Positions 1-13,369 are shown, numbered from the whole stretch's first letter. The stretch: 63,246 nucleotides of DNA, filler included, from Octopus bimaculoides (GCF_001194135.2; 5 parts of 5 records of this genome joined end to end with filler, not necessarily neighbours in it), one strand, 5' to 3'. Notes: generated by a model not told the origin, from the letters alone. Translations and numbers: made by a program.

Positions 1-192
1 GGTAAATATATTGCTTATTTTTTGGTAGTTTTTTACTTATTTAGTCCCTCTGAGCATGAGGCATTACTATATAGTTAATGCCCTTATATAAATTATATAT
101 ATTTATGGAAAAAAATGATGAGTTTTTTTTCATTATGAGGTTTTTTTCACGCTGACTACTTGATAAATTCTTATAAAGATTTTATCCTATAT

Positions 193-225
<33 letters not shown>

Positions 226-271
226 CATATATTTAAGGAAGAATGTAAAGATCGAGTAGGTGAATGACAAG

Positions 272-633
272 GACCTTTTTGTGTGCACAGTCTGTGACAG
301 ACCATGCCTGTCTTTGGTTGGTCTCAAATTTCACCTGCGAACCCATGGAAAACAAACTTCAACCAACTATTCTGACTATATGTCTGTGCACATGTTTGAA
401 TGTGGTGTGTGCTAGAGGGCTTGCAAATCCAATAGGGGTCTTAAAAGACATGTTAAGATCCACAACGAGCAGAACTTACCTGCAGGTATTGGTAGTTCAA
501 ATTAGAGGTGCAATCTGTGTGGGTGTTTTTTCAAAACATTGTCTAGTTTAAAAAGCCACATCAGATGCCATGAAAGGGCTAAGGTGTAGGTACAGGAGGT
601 GGTCAAACTCTGTGTAAGGAGTAGACAACCACC
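272..633 (+). pseudogene. Decayed triple C2H2 zinc-finger ORF, probably the 3' end of an RTE-like LINE
   Basis: One frame from 272 gives CTVCDRPCLSLVGLKFHLRTH, CGVC*RACKSNRGLKRHVKIH and [21 protein letters not shown], with two internal TAG stops. A GGTGGT...ACCACC stem and a microsatellite tail follow. Confidence 0.6.
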
Positions 634-723
634 ATGTGTATATATGTATATACATGTATATATGTATGTATATGTGTATATATATATATGTATGTGTATA
701 TATGTATGTATATGTGTATATAT

Positions 724-809
<86 letters not shown>

Positions 810-886
810 GAATATATATATATAATTTATTTTTTTCATTTTATCTAGTTTCAGCTCATGTGCTGTGGCCATGCTGGAGCACCGCC

Positions 887-1739
887 ATTTGGTGTTGCTA
901 CATAATTTTACTTCACGAATGCTTTTCAGGAATTGACATTTGGTGCATGAGGCAGTTTGATGCAGCTGCCCTCATTTGCACCTCCTGCCACGAAGTTGGT
1001 TCATCTGGGACACTTGACAGGAAGAGGTCCAGCTTTATTTTAAAGACATCTACATCCACCCCATGCAGGTCTCTCAAGTCCTTCGGGTGAATATTGAAGA
1101 GCTGTGGACCTTTGAAGCCCAGGCTATTGCATTATCTTGTCCTACATCTTGATGGCAAATTTGGAGTCCTTTGCACTATGCAGTGGTGCCCAATTCTAGT
1201 ATTTGTGTAACTTTTGATGCCAAAGTTTGGGACAAGTCCTTCGAGGATCTTCCAGATGTATATTATGGCATAGCTTTCTCTCCTACATTCTAATGTATAG
1301 AGTCTTAATCTCTGAGTCTTTCCCAATAGCTTATCTGATGCATAGAGACTATCTTCTTTGTGTAGCTTCATTGGATTGGCTCAAGTTCTGAGATTAATTT
1401 GACACTGGTTGGTGACCATAGCTGAAAGCAATAGTCAAAGTGGCTTAGGACAAGTGTCCTCCAGAGGACCATCATGGTTTCCTGATCTCTTGTTCTAAAA
1501 GTTCTAAGAAACCATCCGGTCAGTCGCCTGCCTTTCATTGCCAATTTAGCAACATGCACATGGAAAGATGCATCATTACTCATGTAAATGCCCAGGTCTC
1601 GCACTGACTGTGCCTCTGGGATTGCAGTCCTTCCAGGTCCAGTGTATTTAATGGGTATTGCATTTAGTTTCACATGCTGATAGCTCAAGGCTTGAAACTT
1701 TTCAGCATTAAACTGCATGCTATTCTTTTCAGCCCACAT
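887..1739 (-). mobile_element. CR1/L2-like LINE, post-RT C-terminal fragment
   Basis: ORFs 1368-1739 and 1132-1371 contain VRDLGI, LWRTLVLSHFDYCFQLWSP and LECRRESYAIIYIWKIL, typical of the region downstream of the RT in CR1/Jockey-group LINEs. Confidence 0.85.
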
Positions 1740-1833
1740 AAATATATCTATATATATATGTATATAAATATATGTCTATATATATGTATATAATATATGT
1801 ATATAAATATATGTATATATATGTGTACATAAG

Positions 1834-1915
<82 letters not shown>

Positions 1916-1922
1916 AATATAT

Positions 1923-1958
<36 letters not shown>

Positions 1959-2019
1959 GTGTGTGTATATATATATGTGTATATATGTATATGTATATAT
2001 ATATAGATATATAAAGGAA

Positions 2020-2860
2020 GACAATGTAATAAGGGCTATAGATGAAATGATCCCAAACTCAGCTAGTGGCCCTGATGGATTCCCAGCAATCCTTCTAAAA
2101 GTATGTAAGTGAGTCCTAGCAAGACCACTGCAATCCCTCTTTCAGAGCTTCCTTGCAACTGGCAAACTTCCAAGATAACTGAAGGAGGGTAAAATATGAC
2201 CTATTCATAAAGGAGGTAGCAGAGCAGAGGCCAAAAACTATAGACCTATCCCTCTGACCTCGCACATCAGCAAGGTCATGGAATGAATAGTCAGAAGAAA
2301 ATGACTTGCTGAGTGACACCCAACATGGTTTCCGACCAGGATGAAGCTCCCTGACTCAGCTCTTACAACACTATGACTGGGTGCTGAAACAGCTTTTCAA
2401 AGACTGAAATGTGAAAGTGATATATCTCGACTTTGCAAAGGCCTTTGATAAAGTCAGTTATGGAATGATATGTCACAAACTGTGTCATCTCGGCCTAGTT
2501 GGAAAATTGGGAGAATGGCTGCATGACTTTTTGAATGACAGAAGTCAGGTGGTAGTAGCCAATGGGGCCACCTCCAATGACATGCAAATAGTGAGCGGTG
2601 TTCCGCAAGGCACTGTTTTGGGATCACTACTGTTCATAATGGCTCTCTCAGACATCCCCTCAGCCACACAGAGAGCCACAATCACAAGTTATGCAGATGA
2701 TACAATAGTCTCACAGGTAATACAGAACCCTGATGACACTTCACACCTGCAATGTGAGCTGGATGAAATATACAAGTGGACTGAAAAGAATAGCATGCAG
2801 TTTAATGCTGAAAAGTTTCAAGCCTTGTGCTATCAGCATGCAAAACTAAATGCAGTGGAC
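2020..2860 (+). mobile_element. CR1/L2-like LINE reverse transcriptase fragment
   Basis: SASGPDG, YLDFAKAFDKV, SGVPQGTVLG and YADD motifs, with stops and frameshifts upstream of 2411. Confidence 0.92.
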
Positions 2861-3063
2861 CTGTATATATATATATATATATATATANNNNNNNNNNNNN
2901 NNNNNNNNNNNNNNNNNNNNNNNNNNNNNNNNNNNNNNNNNNNNNNNNNNNNNNNNNNNNNNNNNNNNNNNNNNNNNNNNNNNNNNNNNNNNNNNNNNNN
3001 NNNTGTGTGTGTGTGTGTGTATATACACACACAGACACACATATATATATGTATATATGCATA

Positions 3064-3106
<43 letters not shown>

Positions 3107-3510
3107 CCATATATATACACACACGCACGCATATATATATATATATATATAGACAATATTCCTCCAGCTTTCGCTACCTTACTTTGTATGGTCTAACGGC
3201 CCTCTATGTTTGTTTTTGTTTGGTTTGTTGTCTCCACTGTCTTATTTGTGTTACCAACTTTGACCCTCCGTAAATCCTAAATTATATTTTAGTTCATATT
3301 ACCAACCACCCTTCAAATCCTCATATTGTCGTTAAATGCTCAAAATGAGGAGTAGATGGAGAGCTGACAACTGATGAAGGGTCGTTCTATATGTTAATTG
3401 TCTTGTGTTCGATTTGTTTCTGTCGTTTGCATACCCAAGTTTGTCTTCGCAGTTCATGTTTTCGTATTTCATGTTGTTTACATTTTGTGATGTCCTGTAC
3501 CCTTATATGC

Positions 3511-3541
<31 letters not shown>

Positions 3542-3644
3542 CATACATATGTATGTACAAATATGTACGTATATATGCATATATATATTTTATATATATA
3601 TGTATGTATATATATATATGAATATATATATGTATATATATGTG

Positions 3645-3716
<72 letters not shown>

Positions 3717-4014
3717 CCAAGAGAGTTAGGGGTTGAGGATCCAACCCACTAAGGGATCAGCGTACTGGAGCTATAGAGATAGAATGGGGCATGCCAACCC
3801 TAAGCCGAAACAGCTGTAAGATTTTGTCCCTTCTCCAATTGCTAAATGTCCTTTAAATTTGAAATCTTAATTGTTGATATAACATGGTATATTGTCTTTT
3901 TTGTCATTTTGGTTATAAAATAAAACAGATTAATCAACGGAATACAGTGTCTCCAAGTTGATGAGTACCTCATATTCCCCTCCATTTTCTTATTGCTATA
4001 TATATATATATATA

Positions 4015-5180
4015 TATCATCATCATCATTGTTTAATATCTATTTTCCATGCTGGCATGGTTTGGATGGTTTGACAGAGGTCTGGAGAGCCAGTGACTGC
4101 ATCAGACTCCAATCTGATCTGGCAATGTTTCTACAGCTGGATGCCCTTCCTAATGCCAACTACTCCAAGAGTGTAGTGGGTGCTTTTTACGTGCCACCAG
4201 CACAGGAGCCAGTCAGGCGGGTCTGGCATCGATCACATTCAGATAGAGCTTTTTACCTGCCACTGGCATGGGGGCCAGTTGGGGTAGTGGCATCGGCCAT
4301 GTTTGGATGGTGCTTTTTATGTGACACTGGCACGAGAGCCAGTCAGAGGGCACTGGCATTGGCCATGTATGGATGGTGCCTCCTACGTGCCACCCGCACA
4401 GTAGCCAGTCAGGGGTCACTGACCACCGCTACAATAATGGTTTTACTTGACTCAGCAAGCCCTCTGAAGCAAATCATATCACCCGACGCATGAGGGATAC
4501 TCTTAACTGGGCTGGACATACATGGCTGTGATCTCATCTTAGTTGCCGAGTCGTAACAATCACAGCACATCTCCAAAGGTCTCAGTCTTCTGTCACTGCC
4601 CCTGTGAGTGCCAATGTTTGAAAATCACGCTTCACCACCTCATCGAATGTCTTCCTGGGTTCACTTCCTCCACAGGTTCCTTCCACAGTTCGGGAGTGAC
4701 ACTTCTTCATGCTACTAGCTTCATTTGTTTTAAGTTTACACATATCCTCAGCAGTTATGGCACATGTTTCACTGCCACACAGCATGGCAGCTCGCACACA
4801 TGCATAACACAATCCACCCTTCATCCTGAGCAAGAAGTCGCCAGCAGAAGCAGGAGCTCCCTGAACCCCACCCCAGCCACCCCTATTCCAACCGCTACAC
4901 TCTCAGAGCAAACACCCCCACAACAGACCCAGTTGCCTAGGCATCAGAAGCCATCAACCACCTCCAGTCCCTCTCCCCTGCACATGACAGAATCCAGCCC
5001 CTGTACATCCTCAGTGTTTATTGCCCCTGTACATCTGCCACAAACAAAAACTATCCTCCTGGTCAATCCTCCCTTGATATTGCTGCACCCCCCCATGCGT
5101 CCACAGCCCACACTGGGCACATTGTATGGAGCCTCCACCCACACTCCTTCCACAGATCGAGCAGGGCTATCTACCTAAAG
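4015..5180 (-). mobile_element. RTE-clade LINE 3' portion with 3' UTR and (ATG)n-type tail
   Basis: FVCGRC, LEVVDGF, SLRMKGGLCYACVRAAMLCGSET and GGSEPRKTFDEVVKRD motifs. The 3' UTR recurs many times in the window. Confidence 0.85.
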
Positions 5181-6383
5181 GGGTTTGTGATTTGTAAAAG
5201 TAAGAATAGAACGATATATCCATCAAGAGTGTTAAATAAAAGAAAATGCGAAAGTAGCTATATGAGTATAATTGCAATATATTACACTATTGTGCTTTAG
5301 ATGAGCAGTATGTAAATTAATATTAGCAAACTGATAAGATTAGTAAAACTGATATATATATATATATATACCCATACACACACACATATATGCTAGCATG
5401 AAAAGCAGACGTTAAACGATGATGATGATATATATATATTCCATAATTCTTTATTTACGCCGTTTTTTCACGCGATATATTTCTTAAACGCTTAGTTCTA
5501 CATATTATGTTTAAAATTTTAGTTTACAGCAATTCTTTGAAAAGATGAGTTTTGATTTTATTTTAAGAAATACTCTTAAATGTTTTTCGAGTATTTATTT
5601 ATTTATTGTTACAACAAGTATTTTTTTATATATTTATTTGATATTTATTATAAGTTACAATACGTACATTGATTTTTTTATTATCATTATTTTATTTTAG
5701 ACCTGAGTGACTATATTTTTGAATAGATTTAATTGTAGATAGATTTGATTATTAATTGAATTGGTTTTATTAGTTATCAATTTGAAAATATAGCCACAAA
5801 TTTAATTTATATAAGGGCATTACTATACAATAATGCCTCACGCTCAGAGGGACTTTGTAAGTCAAAACTACCAAAATAAGCACATTTTTACTGATCGCGA
5901 GGGAATGCAACTTTCAAAGCTAACCTCCTAAAAACTTTTAACTTAATAGTAAACCAATGGTTTCATAATCAACGCAGTAAACTGCATCTTTTATTCATCA
6001 GTACACATATGGTCAAGACACATAAAAATAAACAAAAATCAACATATGTATATATATATACATATATATATATGTATCATCATCATCATCATCGACGTTT
6101 AACGTCCGCTTTCCATGCTAGCATGGGTTGGACGATTTGACTGAGGAGTAGTGAAACCAGATGGCTACACCAGGCTCCAATCTGATTTGGCAGAGTTTCT
6201 ACAGCTGGATGCCCTTCCTAATGCCAACCACTCAGAGAGTGTAGAAGGTGCCTGACTGGCCATTGCCAGTCAGGCAGTACTGGCAATGGCCACGACACAC
6301 ACACACACACAAACACACACATATATATATATATATACACACACATTTTTTTTATTTAAAAGCAGCAGAAATATGACAAGAAG

Positions 6384-6421
6384 CTGTTACTCAGAGTTTC
6401 ACGTTCCCGTTCATCGGACAG
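6384..6421 (-). ncRNA. Minimal type I hammerhead-ribozyme-like motif (core variant CCGAUGA)
   Basis: The minus strand reads CUGU-CCGAUGA-ACG GGAA CGU-GAAA-CUC U GAG-UA-ACAG. This gives stem I of 4 bp, stem II of 3 bp with a GGAA loop, a palindromic stem III and a GUA cleavage triplet. Confidence 0.55.
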
Positions 6422-7769
6422 TTTTGTTAGAAATGGGAGAGAAATGACGATGCAATCAAAACTAATATAAATTAAAAAACATGGATCTGTTTCATTGGTT
6501 GTTTCAAATAACGGTCTTAGGTATGCAATGAACAAAATAAACAAAACAAATGAATTCAATATAGATTCATCCTATTTTTAAAAAATCAAAGAAAACCTTA
6601 AATTGTAAAGTGGGTTCAAAATACATATTGTAAATAATTATATTCGAATTAACGCATTAAAATTAAAATAAAATTTACGCTGCATTAAAATAAAAAACAA
6701 TAATTTTACAACAGTATATACGCATACTAGACTATCTAGAACATACATATATACATCAAAATACACAGATGCATACGTACAGACAATAGGCATATATTTG
6801 CAAGACATAAATACATGCACAAATATGCATGTATGCATATACACATATGCACGCAATCATGCTCGCATACGAAAATTATTCAGTGTTGGAACAGGCAAGT
6901 GTATCTTAAACTTATGGAGTGGAGAAGTAAGGGCTGAGAAGAGTAACGTATAGATAAAGGATGTTACTAATGTAGAAAGGGAGAAAGTGTGGTTTTCGTG
7001 AGGAACGAAAGAAAGGAAGAAAGAAAGAAGGGAAGAAAGAAATAGAGAAAGAAGGAAAGAAAAAAGGAAGTGTAGCGTATATAACAAACGCACACAAAAT
7101 TGGATTGCGTATATATGTGTATAGAAAAATGTATATTAGCATCACGTATACAGATATATAGTGATATGTACGCGAATACACACAAATATAATTGTATACA
7201 TGCATACGCACATATTCAAGCATGTATGTGTATAAGCATGAGTGCACATTCTCATATGTAACATAGACGCACAAACACATGAATATATGTATGTATGTGT
7301 AAATATAAGCATACACTTTTACCCACACATATACAAAGATGCACACACACGAAACCCTGTATGTATGTGCACAAGTATAAACATGGGCTCAATACATAAG
7401 CATAGACGTACACATACGAATTCCTATGCATTGCTACAATACAGACATCCACATAAAAAACTTTTAGGTCTTAACATATATATGCAGACAACTTTTTTAA
7501 GAAATTGCTGAGTGTATAATAGCAAAAATTGGGCAAAATACATTCATAATAGAATCCCATATATCAAACCATCCATAAAAATGGTTAAATTTGTTTACAA
7601 AATATTAAAAAATAAATACAAATAAAATAAAATAAACAAGAAAACTATGTATATAACAGTCGGAGGCTTTCTTAAAAAACGTAGTGATCTATACAATATT
7701 CTTGCAATGCGAAGTAAATCATGTATAATGAGGTACAAATCCAATAGTGAGATTGCAAACTGGTTTCAA

Positions 7770-8240
7770 GGAGTCAAAAATATACTACCCATATGGTATG
7801 TTATTAGCCAACATTCTGAATTTAGACGCATGTCTACATGAATTTAAAAGTTCGTGTCTTTGGTTTAAAGCTTTCTTATCTTGGAATAAAATATGGAATT
7901 TCTCTAATAAACACAAATCACATTTTCGGGGTTTCTGAATGAATTTTTATGTGAATAAAGCCTGGTTTTGAATGAATTTTCTGAAGCCCCTGTGTAAGTT
8001 CTATAATCTTGTGGGCCTTCTATCTGGACTTTGGCTCTATACCTTTTTCTAGACATCTCCCTTCTAACGGACAGGAGGTTCCATCTTTGCAATTGCAGCT
8101 TTTTGGAAAAGAATCAGCATTATGATTTTTAACAATTATCTTGTTGTGCTGGTTAATCAAAGAGGCGAAGTTTTTGCAGCAGGAATAGCTGATCTTAAGC
8201 ATTCTTCTATTGAATATTCTATAAAACTCATGGTCAGGTT
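7770..8240 (-). mobile_element. Penelope-like element relic, GIY-YIG endonuclease region
   Basis: KISYSCCKNFASLINQHNK, CNCKDGTSCPLEGRCL, YTGASENSFKTRLYSHKNSFRN and LNQRHELLNSCRH across frameshifts. Confidence 0.8.
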
Positions 8241-8260
8241 GAAAGTGTCTAGAGACTAAT

Positions 8261-8306
<46 letters not shown>

Positions 8307-8313
8307 TATATAT

Positions 8314-8383
<70 letters not shown>

Positions 8384-8419
8384 GATACACACACACACAC
8401 ACATTTTATGTATATATAA

Positions 8420-8930
8420 TTTTGCCGGTTCAATTTGTGCAGCACCCATTTCTCAAGTATTTTTGTTTTTCCAATCTCTTTCAAGTGGTTTCAAATTGTT
8501 ATAGACATTACGTCTAATTCAGCTCTTGAACATTTGTGTCAACATCTGATGGTTGACCACTACGCTTCTCATCTTCAAGACTCATCACCACTACGAAATT
8601 TCTTGAACCACCATTGTGCTGTACGTTCATTAGTGGTTCCTGGGCCAAACACATCATTGATATCGTGAGCTGTTTCAGCAGCTTTTTGGCCTAGTTTGAA
8701 CTGGAATAAGAAAATTGTGCGAATTTGCTTTTTGTCCATGTTGTATTGAACGTACTGGAAAAAAATGGCTTAATTATTCAAAAAGGAAAAGAGTAACACA
8801 ATTAGATAGAGTGAAAGAACGGGCTTTAAAACGATATATTAAGTCAAAGTAATTTAACGAAAATTAATTTGAAAATACATCATTTAAAACCAAAATAAAA
8901 AATTCCACAAGAACTTTCTTGATAACCTAA
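8420..8930 (-). mobile_element. Mariner (Hsmar1-like) transposon relic: left end and N-terminal transposase
   Basis: From ATG 8739: MDKKQIRTIFLFQFKLGQKAAETAHDINDVFGPGTTNERTAQWWFKKFRSGDE, a frameshift, SLEDEKRSGQPSDVD, then HLKEIGKTKILEKWVLHKL (WVPHEL-like). The end TA-TTAGGTT lies at 8930. Not in the ORF track. Confidence 0.9.
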
Positions 8931-8984
8931 TATATATACATTTTATATATATATATATATAAATATATATATAAATAAATATAT

Positions 8985-9084
8985 NNNNNNNNNNNNNNNN
9001 NNNNNNNNNNNNNNNNNNNNNNNNNNNNTTAATTAATTAANNNNNNNNNNNNNNNNNNNNNNNNNNNNNNNNNNNNNNNNNNNN
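8985..9084. other. Artificial scaffold join (also 34061-34160, 43210-43309, 52879-52978)
   Basis: Each join is exactly 44 N + TTAATTAATTAA + 44 N. The 12-mer places stop codons in all six frames. Confidence 0.95.
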
Positions 9085-9437
9085 GGCTGTGTGGTAAGTA
9101 GCTTGCTTACCAACCACATGGCTCCGGGTTCAGTCCCACTGCGTGGCACCTTGGGCAAGTGTCTTCTACTATAGCCTTGTGAGTGGATTTGGTAGACGGA
9201 AACTGAAAGAAGCCCGTCGTATATATGTGTGTGTGTTTGTGTTTGTCCCCCCCACCATCGCTTGACAACCGATGCTGGTCTGTTTACGTCCCCGTAACTT
9301 AGCGGTTCGGCAAAAGAGACTGATAGAATAAGTACTAGGCTTCCAAAGAATAAGTCCTGGAGTCGATTTGCTCGACTAAAGGCGGTGCTCCAGCATGGCC
9401 GCAGTCAAATGACTGAAACAAGTAAAAGAGTAAAAGA
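9085..9437 (+). mobile_element. tRNA-derived SINE, abundant family (further copies near 15400-15550, 18000-18180, 23470-24200, 33080-33430, 43320-43600, 51620-52040)
   Basis: A/B-box-like head (GGCTGTGTGGTAAG...GGGTTCAGTCCC), shared core GCACCTTGGGCAAGTGTCTTCTACTATAGCC and conserved tail GACTGAAACAAGTAAAAGAG. Confidence 0.8.
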
Positions 9438-9916
9438 GTAACAGTGGTACCTTTACTTGAGAAACAAGGAGTAAGAGTTTGCGACAGGAAGAGTACTTCC
9501 ATGCAAAATCCTAACTACTTTCTGTCTAACCCATGCCAGCACGGAAAAAATGGAAGTTAAACACACACACACACACACACACAAATGCACAGTCATACAC
9601 ACACGATCACATGAATATATTTAGAGAAACGTACATATATATTTACAAACACACAAACACATATACAAAAGCTACTGAGGGAGCGTCCACGTGGTCACAT
9701 AACCTGCAAGAAATAGAAGCCAAAGCTACACAAATCACACCCCAACCATCTCCAGGAAGAAGGATGGATCTAGTTAATTAATACAAAGTGTAATTAATAT
9801 GCACTGTGCTTAATGATCTGAAATGAAAGACAATATGGGCAACACGTTAAACACATCTTGCTAAACTACCTAACCCATCCCATCATGGGAAACAGATATT
9901 AAATGATGATGATGAT

Positions 9917-9957
<41 letters not shown>

Positions 9958-10757
9958 NNNNNNNNNNNNNNNNNNNNNNNNNNNNNNNNNNNNNNNNNNN
10001 NNNNNNNNNNNNNNNNNNNNNNNNNNNNNNNNNNNNNNNNNNNNNNNNNNNNNNNNNNNNNNNNNNNNNNNNNNNNNNNNNNNNNNNNNNNNNNNNNNNN
10101 NNNNNNNNNNNNNNNNNNNNNNNNNNNNNNNNNNNNNNNNNNNNNNNNNNNNNNNNNNNNNNNNNNNNNNNNNNNNNNNNNNNNNNNNNNNNNNNNNNNN
10201 NNNNNNNNNNNNNNNNNNNNNNNNNNNNNNNNNNNNNNNNNNNNNNNNNNNNNNNNNNNNNNNNNNNNNNNNNNNNNNNNNNNNNNNNNNNNNNNNNNNN
10301 NNNNNNNNNNNNNNNNNNNNNNNNNNNNNNNNNNNNNNNNNNNNNNNNNNNNNNNNNNNNNNNNNNNNNNNNNNNNNNNNNNNNNNNNNNNNNNNNNNNN
10401 NNNNNNNNNNNNNNNNNNNNNNNNNNNNNNNNNNNNNNNNNNNNNNNNNNNNNNNNNNNNNNNNNNNNNNNNNNNNNNNNNNNNNNNNNNNNNNNNNNNN
10501 NNNNNNNNNNNNNNNNNNNNNNNNNNNNNNNNNNNNNNNNNNNNNNNNNNNNNNNNNNNNNNNNNNNNNNNNNNNNNNNNNNNNNNNNNNNNNNNNNNNN
10601 NNNNNNNNNNNNNNNNNNNNNNNNNNNNNNNNNNNNNNNNNNNNNNNNNNNNNNNNNNNNNNNNNNNNNNNNNNNNNNNNNNNNNNNNNNNNNNNNNNNN
10701 NNNNNNNNNNNNNNNNNNNNNNNNNNNNNNNNNNNNNNNNNNNNNNNNNNNNNNNNN

Positions 10758-10804
<47 letters not shown>

Positions 10805-13054
10805 ATCATCATCATCATTTAATATCTGTTTCCCATGGTGGGATGGGTGAGGTAGTTTGGCAAGAACTAGTAAGCTGCTTGCTGGGCAGCATTGAGCTCC
10901 AATGTCATCATTGGCTGAGTACTCCACAGACACACATACCCTTAATGTAGTTCTCAGGGAGAAAGCTGACCCTTCTGAAATACAAGTCCAACTCATTTTT
11001 GCCAGCTGAGTCGGCTGGAGCAACGTGAAATAAAGTATCTTGCTGAAGGACACAACATGTCACTGGGAATTGAACACGTAACCTTATGACCATATGAGCC
11101 GAATACCCTAACCACTCAGCCACCCACCTTCACAGTAACAGAGATGACTATCAACATTCTTCACATTCATTCACACGGAAGTGAAACATTTTATCAATGA
11201 TCACCACAGGTAAACAAAACAAATACATGCACAACGTCATAGGCAGAGGACAGATAAACCGAATAATATCAAAGTCTTTTGTTCTCATCATCTGAAAACA
11301 AGATATTATTTGATAAAAGTGATTGATAAAAATGCGACTAATGAATAGAAGATTGATGAATTAGAACAGGTAAGAAATGCGATTGATAAAGATGAAACAT
11401 GAAGGAATCAACACAATATATACAAAAAAAAAAAAGAAAGATGTAATTGAATAAATACACGATGAAGTACAATAGACAAAGAAATTTAATTTAACCCTTT
11501 CAATACCGGTCTGCTTGAGACCACCTTTGGTTCTGGTACAAAGCTGTTACCGTTTTCAGTTCAGTTCTAAAACGTTTCCAAAGTTGCACTTGTCTTGCAA
11601 GTCTGTTCATTTGATCTGAGAACGTGCTTTGGAAACGAAGTAGCTACATTGCTAATGAGCCATCTGAGCTGTTTAATTAAACACAGAACTGTTTAATTTC
11701 ACTTTAAATAGATTTCACGAAGTGTCGGAATTTTCATCACACATCAGGTGCAGCTGTGACTGTGTGTGTGTGTGTGTGTGTGGTTTAGAAGCTTGAAACC
11801 GAACCACATGGTTCTGGGTTCAGTCCCGCTGCATGGTACCTTGGGCAAGCATCGTCCACTATAGCCCTAGGATCTGGTAGATGGAAACTAAAAGAAGCCC
11901 ATTGTATCATCATCATTTAGTGTCTGTACTTCATGCTGACATGGGTTAGACGTCTTGACTGGAATTGGTAAACTGAAGAGCTATACCAAGTTCTGATTTG
12001 GCATGGTTTACTACGGCTGGATGTTCTTCCTGATGCCAACCACCCCAAGAGTGTAATTTAAGAAAAAATAAATAAGTAAGTAAATGAGTGGAAGCTAAAC
12101 CACTGAGTGTGTTAAATAATAAGGTACCAAAACAGAATTACTCTCCCCAGACACAACAAAAGAATGTATAAGCAAGCAAAATTTAGGTTAGTTAAAGTAT
12201 ATTTCAACTGCTAAAAGACAAATGCACAGCAGTCAACATGGACAAAATACCTTTCTTATTGTAAGAAGGTATGAAGACACTTGGTTTGTTCTGTGTCGCC
12301 ATCTATCAGGAATCCCAGTTTTTTGACTCTAGTCAATGAGATGTACGCAAGAGAGACAACTCTGAACAAACTTATAAAGCAATCGCTTTTATGTGAAATT
12401 CAGTCAACAATATTATGTGTGTCGCTGCCATACAAGCAGTGTCGTTTGTTTCCAATATCCTGCAAAAACATGTCTGCTTTTGGGGGAGGAAATATTACCT
12501 TGCTTGGAAACAGGCGCGAGTTGCTGACAGGAAGTGCATCCAGCTGTAGAAAACTCTGCCTGCAAAAACAAATTCTGTCTGATCCGTGCAAGAACAGAAA
12601 AGTTGACGTTAAAATGCAGCTGTGTGCTGCCAATCTGTGACTTGCCTACTGACATGGTTCCATTGCAACCGACCAAATTGTGCAACAATGTGCAACATTG
12701 CACAATGCTATGCAATGGAAATTTCAACACCTCATGAGATAAATTTGAAGTAAGTTTAACAGCTCTGCAAGTTAATTAAACGGCTAAAATGGTGGTTCAT
12801 ACACAACGCCATGGAAAAACAAAACGATTATTTCAAATTCTTCCAAATTCTATATAGTTTTTATCAAGATTTACTGAAATGCATACAAATAATGAATTCT
12901 ATATGAAACATTGTAAAGAAAGGGTTAAAATAAACTCACACAGCAACAGACAATTTCTGCAAAAAGAACCCAAAACACACAAAAAAAAAAAGCATGCGCT
13001 AATTGGTTAGTTCGTTTGCGATAATGAAAAAAGTTTTAAAAGATTACAAAAAAA

Positions 13055-13095
<41 letters not shown>

Positions 13096-13369
13096 AAAAA
13101 AATCAACTTTAAAAAAAGTGAGTATGGCAGCTTTATCCCACAACCTGATGTGGTCAGTTTGGGTGGGTGAGAGACTTGTATTATGGCTGGACAGAGCATT
13201 GTTAGCAAGTTTTTAACCAAACACCAAACTTTTATCGGCACAAAAAAAAAAAAAAAAAATAGCTGAAACTGTGGTTAATAAGGTTTGATTGAGGAGAGAG
13301 CGATAGAGAGAGAGGGGAGCGGGTGAGAGAGACAGAGAGAGTGGGGAATAGAGATGATGATGATAATAA

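Noticed and set aside
3370-3450. CTGATGAAGGG hammerhead-like start in a Penelope-type repeat
   Set aside because: No GAAAC half follows, so the core is incomplete.
5943-5990. Plus-strand peptide LIVNQWFHNQRSKL resembling Cut homeodomain helix 3
   Set aside because: It is on the wrong strand for cut, has no helix 1 or 2 upstream, and lies beside an AT-rich repeat that recurs near 55, 14605 and 20570. Probably chance.
9029-9040. Recurrent TTAATTAATTAA as a homeodomain binding site or piggyBac target
   Set aside because: It is always centred in exactly 88 Ns, so it is an assembly spacer.
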